Counted from the first letter of the stretch, positions 41,116 through 54,963 are shown. The stretch is 64,000 bases of DNA from Octopus vulgaris (GCA_951406725.2 OX597821.1:72044001-72108000), one strand, 5' to 3'. Notes: generated by a model not told the origin, from the sequence alone. Translations and numbers: made by a program.

Positions 41116-41293
41116 CTAAATCAGTCTTGTAGGATTTATCAGTAAATGATCGAAACACGCAGAGCTTCGGCAACAGGCGAAGCGGTAAAAACGAGACAAT
41201 CTCAGAGGTAACACAAGCGCCATAGATGTAATCGCTGACATCATGGATTGGGTGTTGCTCTTGGGCGATTTCGAACACACACTGACGGTCATC
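41116..41293 (-). other. Candidate exon of an unidentified minus-strand transcript
   Basis: TTTTAG acceptor, then a unique CpG-richer island with an open frame MTVSVCSKSPKSNTQSMMSAITSMALVLPLRL...; no recognised homology. Confidence 0.25.
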
Positions 41294-41813
41294 CTAAAAT
41301 ATGTATATGCAGAGAGGAGTTGAAAACACAACTCAAAGAATGCAAACACCTGGAATGCAATTTTGGTTACGTGTCTGCATTACGATAAAAAAAAAAATAT
41401 GGAAATATATGTTCACACAAAATCGCTGTTTAAATAAACTTGCTATGAGTTAAATTTTAATAAAAAATGTTTCTACGTATTCGACAACTGGTCATCACCG
41501 GAGACCTCCGCTAGTCTGCACGTGGCTGGGTGTTAGAAGCTGAAGCTCTTAGAACCATTACGTTACACACTATTCAAAAAGCTTGAATCACTGTCTCAAC
41601 GTGAAACTGAAATAAGATTTAAGATGCTTCAGCTTGTAATATAGTGTACATACTCTACTTTCTGGATTGAGTGTTTTTCCTTCGTTCGTGTACAGAAACG
41701 TCTGCTAATTTTCTTCTACCATCTCTGTCTTCGTCTCTCTATTTCTCTCTCTCCCCCTCTCCCCCTCTCTCTCTCTCTGTATTTCTCTCTGTGTCTTTCT
41801 CTCTCTCTTTCTC

Positions 41814-41862
<49 letters not shown>

Positions 41863-41942
41863 GTAATATATATATATATACGTAATCTATGTTGTAAATA
41901 TAATACATACATAAACGTACACACACACAGACACAGACAAAC

Positions 41943-41986
<44 letters not shown>

Positions 41987-42429
41987 GCATCTACAAAGGT
42001 TTTTGGTAGCGATTTTTTAGGCGTTACGATTTGCTCAAACGTTCCAATAGCGATGGTCATCAGCTGCAAAATGAAATAACGTGAATAAGTATGGGTGTGA
42101 TATTTGCTTGTTTCGTATGTTTTCTCACTTTGCTTTCGTCGCATCGTTTCGTTTCGTTTGTTTTAATTTTACTTCTCATTTGCTTCGTTTTGCTTTTGCA
42201 TTAACCCCAAATACTAACCAAAACAAAAACATGCTTAACAGGCGTATAAGTGAGTCCCCCCCCACTGGTAGTAAAAAAGAAAAAAAAAGGAATCGATTTA
42301 GAAAAGAAGTTAACGATAATAATTCAGTTTGAGGGAGGAAGAGCTTTCTCCTTCCAAGCGATTTCAATTCGTCCCAGTCAACTATTAACACTACTTTTTT
42401 AACAGATAAGGACCGTATTAGTAATACAG

Positions 42430-42585
42430 GCGAAACGCAGAGCGAAAATGCCTAGCGGTATTTCGTCTGCCGCTACATTCTGAGTTCAAATTCCGCCGAG
42501 GTAGATTTTGCCTTTTGTCCTTTCGGGGTCGATGTTTGTCCTCTCTGTGTTTAGCCCCTTGTGGGTAGTAAAGAAATAGGTATAT
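42430..42585 (+). mobile_element. SINE family A, internally deleted
   Basis: GCGGTATTTCGTCTGCCGCTAC, B-box and tail. Confidence 0.85.
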
Positions 42586-43194
42586 GTATCTGCTCTAGAA
42601 TCATCACCCGCTGAATATCTGGGACAATTGGGATAATGGTTCGCATGGGGAGAAGATTGCATTCAAAACTGACTACCTCATTGACAGGCTAAGGTAAAGA
42701 GCTTACCTGCAAAACGGAAAAGACGTGCTAACGATCCCCCTAATATAAACTTTTGTAATAATTCAAAATGGTTTGAGAATTATTAGACTAATTTAGAAAC
42801 AAAAACGATGTCGTAAATTCGACAATGTAAAGGTATGTGGTGAATGTTGGTGAAGACGGTGGAGTCGCGGTGAAAGAGGCTCTGAGTAATATTATGGTTA
42901 GTGAGGAACATTTGCCAAGATATTATTTTGTGTTGAAAATCTTGGTTTCTAGTGGAAGACTATGGATGGACGTTACTACACTTCATTCAAATGTTTTCTT
43001 GCGGTCAATACTCTGAGTAAAATTTACGGAAAGATTGTAGCGTTTGCAAAACAGCTTGACTCTGAAGTGAATGAAAATAACAGTGAATGTATGCATATTA
43101 TGCGTGTATAATGCGCTAAGGGTGTCGACACTTTTTACCAATACAGAAACTCCTCTTAGATTTAAACTATACCGATAAGTATATGGGCTGCATG

Positions 43195-43283
<89 letters not shown>

Positions 43284-43658
43284 GGGGGGAGAAACATATG
43301 AATAAAGGTGTGTGTGTGTGCACGTACTTCTGTGATTGTGTTACGCTTATATATTGGTTGTGTGTATTATATCTTCACATCAATGGCAAAATTACGCGTA
43401 TAGCCTTTTAATAATAAGCTGCAATATTTATAACCGGTTTCTAACTAATAAATTAATTTTTTCAATGAGAATTATAAAAAGGAAAATAAACAAAATTGTA
43501 TTTTCAGTATTTATTCCGTACAAAACAAATATTTTTTTTGCATCTTATACAATTATTAAAAAAAAGACAAAAACTTAGATGGACTCTTCTTGGGCATTAT
43601 ATATGAAGAAGGTAACAGATTTAATTTATTGCACGTGTGTGTATGGTGTTTAACTCAC

Positions 43659-43734
43659 AGCTGAGAGACCAATGCGAACAACTGTCAGCAAGACGCAGCG
43701 AAAGTCATTCATAAACTAAGATGGCGAAAACATA
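43659..43734 (-). other. Candidate 76-nt non-coding exon
   Basis: AATTTTGTTTCAG acceptor and GTGAGT donor; stops in all three frames. Confidence 0.3.
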
Positions 43735-44567
43735 CTGAAACAAAATTGCATCACAGCTGACTTTGGGTTCCAAATTCAAAAACTAAAAATACAAGACACA
43801 AAAAAAAATTATTTGAAATATTATTATTTTTAAATTTCTCAAAGAGTGACATTCACTAACAGTTCTTTACAGTTGGCATATAGCCTTTACTTTGATAAAA
43901 TTATTTTATTATGAAAAATCTTAGACGACCAGTTTACTAGCCACTAAGTCTGAGATTAAGGCAATAAAGTCATTAATAAATCAAATTTTATCCATGAAAA
44001 AGATTAATATTGCGTTAAAATTTAACGAAATGTAAAAGGATAAATGTCCGCGCTAAAATAATGAAAAAATGGCCGAAACTACAGATCTATGAAATTAACA
44101 CTTGCCGATGTTCTATTTCGGTGTGATAGAAGAATGAAATAAAATGTGAACTATTATTTCTTTTGTTAACAATCGGTTAAAATTTGCCAGGGATCGTCAA
44201 GAAAGTTTCCTTAATCGATAAATAATCAGCTTTTTGATGGTTTTAATTATGTATTCAACTGTGCTTGCTTGTGTGTATATATGTGTGGGGGTACACGTTT
44301 ACTTGCGAGCGCTTTATGTATAGATTTATGTATATGTATATTCATGTATATATTTATGTTTATATGTATTCTATATATGTGTGTTTGTGTGTGTGTGTGT
44401 GTATGTGCGTGTGTATACGTGCGTGTGCATGCGTGTATATCAATATCGGGAAATGAGAAAGCATCAGGGAACTAAGAAGCGTTACGGCATAATCTACATA
44501 CACACACACACGCACACACAAACAATCCAACACACATTTAAATAGCAACGTATGTTCATGCACATGT

Positions 44568-44619
<52 letters not shown>

Positions 44620-45223
44620 TTGCTTTGTTATATGTATATGTCTATGTGCTTGATGTGTGTGCGCGTGTGTATGTGGCTGCATGCATGCGCATGCGTGTGT
44701 GGTCTTTTAGGGAATTTATGAATAGTTGTGTGTCATCAGAAAATATGAATTTCTACTCCGTTCTACTCTGATTCTTCTCATTCTTCGACAACTTTTACCA
44801 TTTCCAGTATTTGGAAAGGAGGGAGTCTCTTTAAAGAGGTTATAACCCAACATAGATTCTTGCTGCTAAAGTAAGCACGGACTCGGTGCTATGCCTCATA
44901 TTTAGTATCAGGTAACGGGGAGAGATTTATTCGAAAAAATGGTCGGAATGGACGGAAAAAATACAACTGCCATGCAAACTGTGATCTTTATTTATTTTTA
45001 CATATTTTTATAGAACCTCCTCCAGACGCCCATAAAACTGAAATAAGGACTAAACATATGCAGCTACAGGTTATTCGTAAATAAACGCGTGTGTATATAT
45101 GTGCGTATGTGTGCGCGTCTATCTGTATACATACTGGCATACATTCATAGGTTCATACACGTTTACATGCTCAAGCGCACACAGACAAATGTACATACAT
45201 ACATACATACATACATACATACA

Positions 45224-45297
<74 letters not shown>

Positions 45298-45347
45298 CAT
45301 ACATACATACATACATACATACATACATACATACATACATACATACA

Positions 45348-45383
<36 letters not shown>

Positions 45384-45388
45384 TATAT

Positions 45389-45935
45389 ATTAATAGTTAT
45401 CGTCAAGCTATAAATGAAAGACTAAAGCTGCCGCTGATTAGCTCCAAGAGGTCATCGCCTCTAGCTAGCTATATGATACACGAACCTGCGTCCATTATAA
45501 CCTTCGAACAGGGGAGGTCAGCCGCTTCACCTTGCTGATCAGACATCTGCAGACATGTTTCAGGGTATCAATGCAGAGTAGTCAGACCCAGCAGGTTCGC
45601 TACCGACCGTCTGTTCGAAGGATTTATTTACCTAATTTCAGTGGAATACATCCACTTGTTTTCGAAAATAGAAATATTAAAGTTTCTAAGTCTCTCTAAA
45701 GGAGATTACGGCAGCGTTACTGGATATTAATAGTTATCGCCAAGCTAATATGGTAGTCTATAAATAAAAGACTAAAGGTGCCGCTGATTAGCTCCAAGAG
45801 GCCATCGCCTCCAGCTAGCTATATGACACACGAACCTGCGCCCATTATAACTTTCGAACAGGGGAGGTCAGCCGCTTCACCTTGATGGTCAGACATCTGC
45901 AGACATGTTTCAGGGTAGTTGCCCTTTATCAATAG
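45389..45935 (-). mobile_element. Tandem direct repeats of about 180-210 bp, each carrying a hammerhead relic (Penelope pLTR/retrozyme-like)
   Basis: 45389-45567 matches 45726-45917; minus strand TTGATAA AGGG caacta CCCT GAAA CATG TC TGCAG. Confidence 0.8.
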
Positions 45936-46018
45936 TGATTAGGAATTTAACTGTTCTCTCAAGCGTACAGGGAGTCCTATGATGGATGCCTCTTATGTGT
46001 TTAAATAAACATTGTATT

Positions 46019-46110
<92 letters not shown>

Positions 46111-46112
<2 letters not shown>

Positions 46113-46950
46113 TGTTTCTTTATTAGCCATACATGGCTGCACACAGACGGGACAGATTACAAAGTAGAGCTTTTCTTTTTTTTGGAGAAAAAAAAGTGGG
46201 GTAGGTTTTCGATCAAAAGGGATCGTAAGAGGGAAAGAAGAAAAAAAAGAAAAAAGGAAAAGGAACAAAAGAAAAGAAAAAAGAGAAAAATGAGAAAAAA
46301 CGAAAGGAAAAAAGAAAGGAATAAAGGGGAAAAAGAAAAATAAACGATCAATAGGGATCGCGTATCACAGTGTAAAGGGGGAAGCAGATAAGGTTTATCT
46401 GTGGGAAGAAAAGCCTACGGAAAAGACCACGGTAACCTCGGTCAATATTGTTACATGTTATCACATTTGTTTGCAAGTGGGTAACCCTCTGTTTTCAATT
46501 TCTTGGTTCATAGGATTATGCTCAAGGTGGCTTCGTCATTCATACGTGCCATCCTTGATACATTCACCCATCTTTTTTTTAAACATTCGCTAGACAAAAC
46601 TTGCCTCTCTATTCTCACTTTCCTTTTCAAGTGATGCTTGAAGAAGTTGATGAGAGATTGACCAGAGAGGAAAGTGTTTGTCCCCAATCCTTTCAGACGC
46701 GTCCACCAGATACATTCTTTCGCCATAGCCACAAGGATGATGAAAATAGCTCTTCCTTCCCGTTTGAAGGAAGGAGGCGTGACAATATTGACGATAGACT
46801 CGGCTGATAAACCGACTCGTCCCACACGTGACAGCAGTTGTTCGACATAAGCCCACAGGTCAGAAATTGTTGGACACTGCACGAGTGCGTGCAGAACGGT
46901 TTCGTCGCTCTGACCGCATCTCGGGCAGGTCGGCCCCCTTGTTTCTCGAG
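46111..46950 (-). mobile_element. Tx1/L1-clade LINE 3' end inserted at (GATA)n
   Basis: ORF 46508-47026 has CPRCGQSDETVLHALVQCP (zf-RVT-type CCHC) and KECIWWTR; 3' UTR ends AATAAAGAAACATA then (TATC)n. Confidence 0.85.
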
Positions 46951-47099
46951 CCATGCCTATAGAGCTTATCCCTAGTTTCAATGTGGCTAGATTACAGGAA
47001 AGTATTTGACTCTGTTCCCCACTCACGGATGCTAGAAGCCCTTCAACTTGCTAAGGTTCCAGTGAGAATAGTCAAAGCCATAGCTGACCTGACTTCGTC

Positions 47100-48000
47100 G
47101 TGGGCCACCATCTTGAAATGAAACAGAAAGAGTGATTGTATTATCATCGATAGAATACAGTATCGCAAATGCAAAATGCATGTATGCGCAGAAGATTATG
47201 CATAGATGTGTTAGTAGAAAGCTCAGAGATGAGAGTAACATTGATCATCAAAGCAGTTTACCATGGACCAATAACCAGATTGCTACCTCCCACTTTGAAG
47301 GGTATGCGTTTGCAATCCAGGAACGAGAAATATCAACCAAATACCTGATGCACAAAAGGGATACAGATGCATTAAAACCAGTAAATTGTAACAACTGATG
47401 CAGACTTTGTGGAGTTTACACCAAAGGTATCATTCACAGCATAAGAAGTTGTCCGAAAATGTCGTCACAGTATTATCTACCGATGAGACGTTATGTTGTA
47501 GCTAGGACACTCTATAATGAAATCCGCCGGAAGGATAACCCCGAATACAAAGAAATAAGAACCCGCAGTATGGTAGAAGTCATAGTCACTCATAATAAAA
47601 AGGAATACTGGTGGAATGTCCCAGTGAAAACCTCAATAAAATGTAAGCACAACAGACCTGATATAATGATTTGGAACAGAGAAGTGAAACTGTGCACAGT
47701 TGTGGAAATTAGCGGATGTTAACATAAAGCTGAAGATCAGTGATAAAGAGAACACATACGCTGAACTATTGAGAAATCTGCAGTTACTCTATCCAGATTA
47801 CAAATTCAGGTATATACCTGTAATTATTTGAACACTGAGATATGTAATGCACAGCCTAAAAATGAATCTTGAGAAATTAAGCATCTCAAAACCAGAAAGG
47901 AGAAAGCTAATTCGAAGACTACAGATTCAATCCATCACTGGAACTGTAAAATTCTGTAAAACTTTCCAGAAGTTTATCATTTAAATATATATGAGCATGT
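47100..48000 (+). pseudogene. RLE-type (R4/Dong-like) LINE 3' relic
   Basis: FEGYAFAIQEREISTK, CRLCG, CPKMSSQYYLPMR, EYWWNVPV ... HNRPDIMIWNR ... CTVVEIS. Confidence 0.8.
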
Positions 48001-49438
48001 CTAGATATGCAAGTATATGCATGAGAAGACATACATAAAACAAAACATGTAAATCAGCACATACATACATGTGTACATACATACATACACACATGCGTAC
48101 ATACATACATACATAAATACATACACACACACATATACATACATATATACATATATACATACATACATACATATACATACATATATACATATATACATAC
48201 ATACATACATATACATACATACATACATACATACATACATACATACATACATACATACATACATACATACATACATACATACATACATACATACATACAT
48301 ACATACATACAAAAATACCCTGCTGTTTGATATTGAAAGTCCAATGAAGGAGCCTTGGATCTAGGTTAGAAACCGTTTTTTTCCCTATTAGAAAGAAACC
48401 TTGAAAGAAAACTGAATAAAATAGATATGCATGCCGTTGGCGTTCACTGCATTCATATGCAACCGTTTCGTATATTATTCTATGTACGTGTGTGAGCGTG
48501 CATGTGTGTGTGTGTCTGTGTGTGCGTGCGTGCATGCGTGCGTGTGTTTGTATGTTGTCATATATTCACGTACGCATACCTAGTCTTATATTAGACGTGT
48601 TAAAAAGAAGTTTCTCAAAGACAGCGTGTCACGTCTTCTTTTTGAAAAAGCATATTTCAGTGCCACATTCACCGACCCTTGCGAAGGTGCTATTGTTCCA
48701 TGAAGCAGTTTTTACTGTTGAACACCAAAACTATTTCGCTACTTCTCTCCATTGTTTTAAAGATGCATGAGAAATGTCTTTTTGAACCGATGTAGATTCC
48801 TTTTGAAATGACATTAACAGAATTGATAAATTCCATTGGGAATTTCTCTTACTTTCTTTCTTATGGCTGGACATATTTGTGCATGGATGTCATCTACATG
48901 CAATGCACCGTAATAGTAGTTACGTGAGTTCAAGGCGACGAGATGGCAGAGTCGTTAGCATGCCGAAGACGGCGAGCTGCCAGAATGCTTAGCGGTATTT
49001 CGTCTGCCGCTACGTTCTGAGTTCAAATATGCATGTGTATGTAAGCGCAGTATAGCCGAATCGTAAAACAATTTCACTTCGCAATCACGTAGACTCGGGT
49101 TCTATCCCGCTTCGTGACCTCTCAGACAAGTATCATTTTCTAAAGCCTCTGTTCGCTCCAAACCTTGTGAGTGAAATCGAGAAGACAGAAACTGTGCGGA
49201 AGCCTGTAAGACGTATCGTCGATCAAAAGCCAAGCCCTGTCAATTTATGTCATTCTACGCCACGCTTAGAATTACTTTCATATTATATATGTCTATGGAA
49301 TACTCTGCCGCTTATACACAAATTCAGTGAGTCTGTAGCTTAGTTGATCGAATAACTGAAACCCTATGACTGGAATTTCTAATAGGGATTTCTTCATGTA
49401 TGTATCAGATAAATGAGGATTTAAAAATACTGACTCAC

Positions 49439-49476
49439 CATTCCTGCAGATACCGACTAATCCGAAGATGGTTTAT
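49439..49476 (-). other. Candidate 38-nt exon
   Basis: TTTCTTTCTTTAAG acceptor and G/GTGAGT donor; frame 0 open (INHLRISRYLQE). Confidence 0.3.
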
Positions 49477-49548
49477 CTTAAAGAAAGAAACAATCCATAG
49501 AGACGTAAGTTCCAGGTCAAATAAATTTGTCGTAGAGCATGAATAGAC

Positions 49549-49869
49549 TAAATCAAAAAGTGAAAGCTATGATGTTACATTTAATTCTTTCATTACATTT
49601 GTTTCAATACCATATGGAATATATATTGCATGAATGTGAATATTAATGCAAGCCATGCGCTTGACATCTGATAAAGTCTCAAAAGTAATATTTTTTGGAC
49701 TTTGTCAGAGGAATGCGCATGGCTTACATTAATAATATATTATAATATAATGAATTCATTTATATTCATTTAATATTCAATTTCATGAAGTGTATAGTCC
49801 ATCTAGTATTTAAACGAACGTAATAAAAGAATTAAAGGTAACACCAAAACTTCTACTCTTTGATTTTAT
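49549..49869. mobile_element. About 320-bp foldback/MITE
   Basis: Arms pair from TAAATCAAAAAGT / ACTCTTTGATTTTA inward to AAGCCATGCGC / GCGCATGGCTT and TCTGATAAAGTC / GACTTTGTCAGA. Confidence 0.8.
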
Positions 49870-49914
49870 ATAAATATTTGTATGTGTGTGTGTGTGTGTA
49901 TGCCTTTATGTATG

Positions 49915-50600
49915 TATGCCATGGTTTTGAGGAACCAATTGAGATGGTGTGGCCATATTGTTCGAATGGCAGATGAATGCATGCCGAAACAGCTGTTTTA
50001 TGGTAAGCTTGCAGAGAGGACACGCTATCGGTGTAAACCTTAAAAAAAGGTTTACGGATGGCATAAAGATTACTATGAAGTTACTTGGAATGTTTCCAGA
50101 AGATACAGAAACTCTTGCTTTGGATCGAGTTGGAAGGTGAACAAAGGTGTGGAGTGGAGTAAAAGCATTTGAAGAGGCCAGAATAACGCAAGTAAGACTC
50201 AAAAGAGATCTAAGGAAGAATGTAACGATCAAGGTGAATGACAATGACCTTTTTGTGTGCACAGTCTGTGACAGGCCATACCTTTCTTTGGCTGGCCTTA
50301 AATCTCATCTGCGAACGCATGGAAAACGAACCTCCACCATCTATTCTGACTATATGTCTGTGCACACATTTGAATGCAGTGTATGCCAGAAGGTTTGCAA
50401 ATCCAACGGAGGCCTCAAAAGACATGTTAAGATCCACAAAGAGCAGAACTTATCTACAGGTATTGGTGGTCCAAATCGGAGGGGCAATCTATGTGGGTGT
50501 CTTTTCAGAACATTGGTTTAAAAAGCCACGTCAGACGCCATGATGGTGCTAAGAGGTAGGTACAGGAGGTGGTCAAACTCTGTATAAGGAGTAGACAACC
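49915..50600 (+). pseudogene. RTE(-BovB-like) LINE C-terminus with three C2H2 zinc fingers
   Basis: QLRWCGHIVRM ... PKQLFYG.L, ETLALDR, then CTVC..HLRTH, CSVC..HVKIH and a frameshifted third finger. Confidence 0.85.
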
Positions 50601-50611
50601 ACATATGCATG

Positions 50612-50682
<71 letters not shown>

Positions 50683-52786
50683 CTTTATTTTTTAATTATT
50701 GAATTCTTTCTAACAAAGAAACAAAGCTGCATAACTTGAATTTTGATAAGAATAATTAAGAAATACATTTTTAACTTAAAAAATCTTTCATATTTGTATT
50801 ACCCCCTTGTCGTCGCGGGTCGCTTTGTTTGCCTTAAAATCCCATATTTTCGAGATCTTCGTTTAGTAAAACAAGTGAACCAATAATTATGGAACATGTA
50901 AATTTATGATCTAAGTAGGAATTCGCATTCTTAGTAAGTTTTAAATATTTTTCTCCTTTATAGGTATTATATTACGACCTATCATAATTGTCCGCATTTT
51001 TATCCTTCCTTTCCCAAGCAACTCTGACAGACGTGCTATGTTTGCATATGGTCAAAGTGTTAAGGGGAATGTCCCACAAATATTTCTTGTGTTCACATCA
51101 ATGAACATACTCTTCTTTATTAAACCTGGTGCAGTCTCCCAATCAGTAGCATTGTATATTGTTATTAGCAAGATGATCATAACGCATTGAAAAAACAACA
51201 TAAAGACTTGGTGGGGCAAATGCTTGTCATGTTGCATAGGGAAGCAACACCTTGAATGCATTTTGGGGCAGCTGCTAATCACATGTGCGATGTGTGTGTG
51301 TGTCAGGATACGTATGTACAAATGCATGTGTACAGGATTAGAATATCCAAAAGAATGCGTGTATGTTTGTTATTATCAACTTAAAGTGCGATTAGATATT
51401 GTATTTCTAGATATCACAGTCCGTCAAAAAGTAAAAAAGAGAAAAGCGCCAAAATAATCATTGATAGAATGTTCTGGTCTTAAAGCTGCTTCGTCAGAGC
51501 TGATCTGACGCTAAAGCACACCAACTGAAACGAGTTTTAGCAGTGTTATCGATATTGTACCTTTGAGATATCGATCTTTCGTGTATCGGGTAGAATAAGG
51601 TCGAAATGTAGGGTAACAAATGTAGCAGCACTAGAAAAGATGAAATTCCACAGACCATTCTAGCAGGAAGTGTGGAGAAGAGAACAAGAAGCAGTCAAAG
51701 ACGCTTGTTGACTGACGATATCAAAGAATGAACTGAAAAGAAGAGCCTTGTTGATCGTATGTATGCAACATAACACAGAGGGAATCTTTGAAAGCCGACC
51801 CCTGGACACACGGATGGCACAGGGCTGATGAATGCTTATTACCTTAAGTAACTCTTTTAGAAAATCAAAACAATGCGACACTTTATTAATAGTTATTGAC
51901 TAAAATCCAATCGCCGTGTGGAATATAGTTTTTTTTATTTATTCACTGCTATAAATCTACTTTGTTAAACATAACTGATTGCCCCTCGGTGTCGACATTT
52001 TCAACTCTTTATTCTGACGTGACGCTGTTGACTACACTAAGTATAAGAATTTGTTCTCGTCCATCTAGGGATACATATACATATGTACGTGTGTATGTAT
52101 ATAGGTGTGTGTATACGCACAAGTCACAAACACACACACACATTCATTCTAGTTCCTGAAATGATCCGATATTCTTTTCACAGGGGAAAAGGCCGTGTCT
52201 ATCATTGGATTAGTTCGACAGAAAGCGGACACAGGCAGGAATTAATGTGGCTCGGATAAGGATTGAGATTGTATTTACAATTGGCAAAATATGGCAGTCA
52301 TTATTAAGCCTTTTATACTTCCTCGAGGGTAAAGCGAAGGGATTCCGCTTCGCCGTAGTTTCTATAGGTTTCTAATGAGACACAACGCTCGGTTAGTAAT
52401 ATGTGTGTGTGTGAGTGACTGTGTGTGTGTTTCTGTGTGTATGTGTTTGTGTGTCTGCGTGTGTGCGAGTGTTTGTGTGTGTGTCTGCACGTTTGTGTCT
52501 GTGTGTATGTGAGTGCGTGAGTGACTGTACGTGTGTTTCTGTGTGTGTCTGTGAGTGCGTGAGTGACTGTACGTGTGTTTCTGTGTGTGTCTGCGTGTCT
52601 GTGTGTGAGTGTTTCTGTGTTTTTGTATGTGTCTGTGTGTACGTGCGTATGCGTGTGTGCGTGCGTGTATGTGTTTCTGTGCGTGTGTGTGTATGTGTGT
52701 GTGTGCGCATGTGCGTGTGTGCGTGTGTGCGTGTGTGTGCGTATGTGTGTGTCTGTGTCTATGTCTGTACATGTGTGTGTATGTGC

Positions 52787-52836
<50 letters not shown>

Positions 52837-53756
52837 GTGTATGTGTGTGATAGAATTCGCAAATTGTTAACGACGCGAAAAGTGGTCCTGTTGCTGAGAG
52901 TTCTGGCAAAGAAGAAATATGCTAAAACGTCATTCTTCCTCAAAATATGGTATTCGACTTTAAAATGGTAAAAAAAAGAAAAAGGAAGCAAGCAAGAAGC
53001 TTCATGCTATAATAATTCCAAACCAACTGAGGAGGGCGCAGATCAGTTGGGAGTTACCATCACAATTTTTGCTTTATTTTCCATTTTTTTGTTTTGTTCT
53101 TTTTTTCCTTGGTTTTGTTTTAGTTTTTAGTTTTTGTTTTACATCGTTGGTTTTAGTCAATTGATTTCCCAAAATAATGACATAAACTCATTGGTTCTCC
53201 AGCATAATGACATAATGAGAATCTTGGAAAGACGAAACACAGAATATTTTATCTGAATATATTTCGGGTTCCAATAAACATCTATTTACTGTTTTATTTG
53301 CTTTTTATTCATCTAAACAAATCTATTTTGAAAAAGAGTCGTACTTTTGAATAGGATATTCACAACATTTGCCCTTGCATGCGAATAGAAAGAAAAATGG
53401 CTGCAAAGCCTTGAGTGCAACTCGAGTGAAGTTGAAGAGTTTAAGCGGTTCACGCGGCGACACAACGTTTGAGACATTCTAAATAGGATGGGGTGAGGAG
53501 GACATGGGGAGAACGTCTTAGCATTCAGTGTTCATAACGGTTATCGATGTGCAAAGGGGTGTATGTGTGAGTGTGTGTGCGTGTGCGTGTGTGCGTGTGT
53601 GTGTGTGTGTGTGGTTGTTATCTAATTCAGATATACAGCTACAAACTAATTTTATATAAAACTAAAACTATACAAATTTATACACACACATACACACATA
53701 CACACAATTATACACACACACACACTCACATCAACACACAACTACTGAAACACAGT

Positions 53757-53935
53757 GGAGGCGCAATGGCCCGGTGGTTAGGGCAGCCGACTCGCGGTCG
53801 TAGGATCGGAGTTTCAATTCCCAGACCGAGCATTGTGTCTGTGGAGTGCTCAGCCACTTGCTGATTAATGTCACGAGCAGGCTGTTCCGTCGATTGGATC
53901 AGCTGGAACCCTCGTCGTCGTAAACGACGGAGTGC
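53757..53935 (+). mobile_element. SINE family B, internally deleted
   Basis: Head GGAGGCGCAATGGCCCGGTGGTTAGG joined directly to the 3' segment seen at 2405-2504. Confidence 0.85.
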
Positions 53936-54079
53936 TGAGTCTGACCGTATTTCCAGTTAAACAGAACGAAGAACATGTCTCCTTCAGTTTTCTTAAAATT
54001 TAAGTGTATGAACGAGAAGTACACCCACGCATACACAAAGTACACGATACGCATACATGGAGACTTATATGAATATGAG

Positions 54080-54094
54080 TGCGTGTGAGTGTAT

Positions 54095-54154
<60 letters not shown>

Positions 54155-54370
54155 GTTTGTGTGTTTGTGTGTTTGTCCTCCCACCATCGCTTGACAACCT
54201 AAGTTGGTGTATTTACACCCCCGTAATTTAACGGTTCGGCAAAAGAAACCGATAGAATAAGTACTAGGCTTGCAAAGAATAAGACTTGGTGTCGATTTGT
54301 TTGACTAAAGGCAGTGCTCCAGCATGGCCGCAATCAAATGACTGAAACAAATAAACGAATAAAAGAGTAT
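54080..54370 (+). mobile_element. SINE 3' half (family C-associated); inverted sibling at 54725-54900
   Basis: CCACCATCGCTTGACAACC ... GATAGAATAAGTACTAGGCTT ... CAAATGACTGAAACAA. Confidence 0.7.
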
Positions 54371-54920
54371 ATATGATGGAGTCTCCCGTCGTGCACGACA
54401 CACGTAGATTGTGCAATTCTTTGCTCAACAACCTGCACAGATGTTTTCTTTCTTTTGTAATAGTGATCAAATGTTTGTACCTTGTGTTAGCTCGCTGCTT
54501 CCATCATCAAATCGACATTGTTTGTACAGGTGTACAGATGTGCCACAAGTCAGGTGTGTCAAAGTGATCAAAGTGCAGCAACGTGAAGTGAAGCGTTTGG
54601 CTCGAGAATACAGCACACTGCCTTGTCTGGGAATCGAAACCACGATCTTACAATCGTGAGTACAACACCCTCACCACACGCCTTCACTCTACCTCTCCTT
54701 TCTCTCTCTCTCTACACACACATACTCTTTTACTTGTTTCAGTCATTTGACTGCGGCCATGCGGAGCACCGCCTTTAGTCGAATCAAATCGACCCCCGGA
54801 CTTATTCTTTGTAAGCCTAGTACTTATTCTATCGGTCTGGGGACCTAAACACACCAGCATCGGTTGGGGTGGGGTGGGGACAAACACAGACACACAAATA
54901 TATACACACATATACATATA

Positions 54921-54963
<43 letters not shown>

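Noticed and set aside
50147-50521. Host C2H2 zinc-finger gene
   Set aside because: Contiguous with RTE LINE motifs and interrupted by stops and a frameshift
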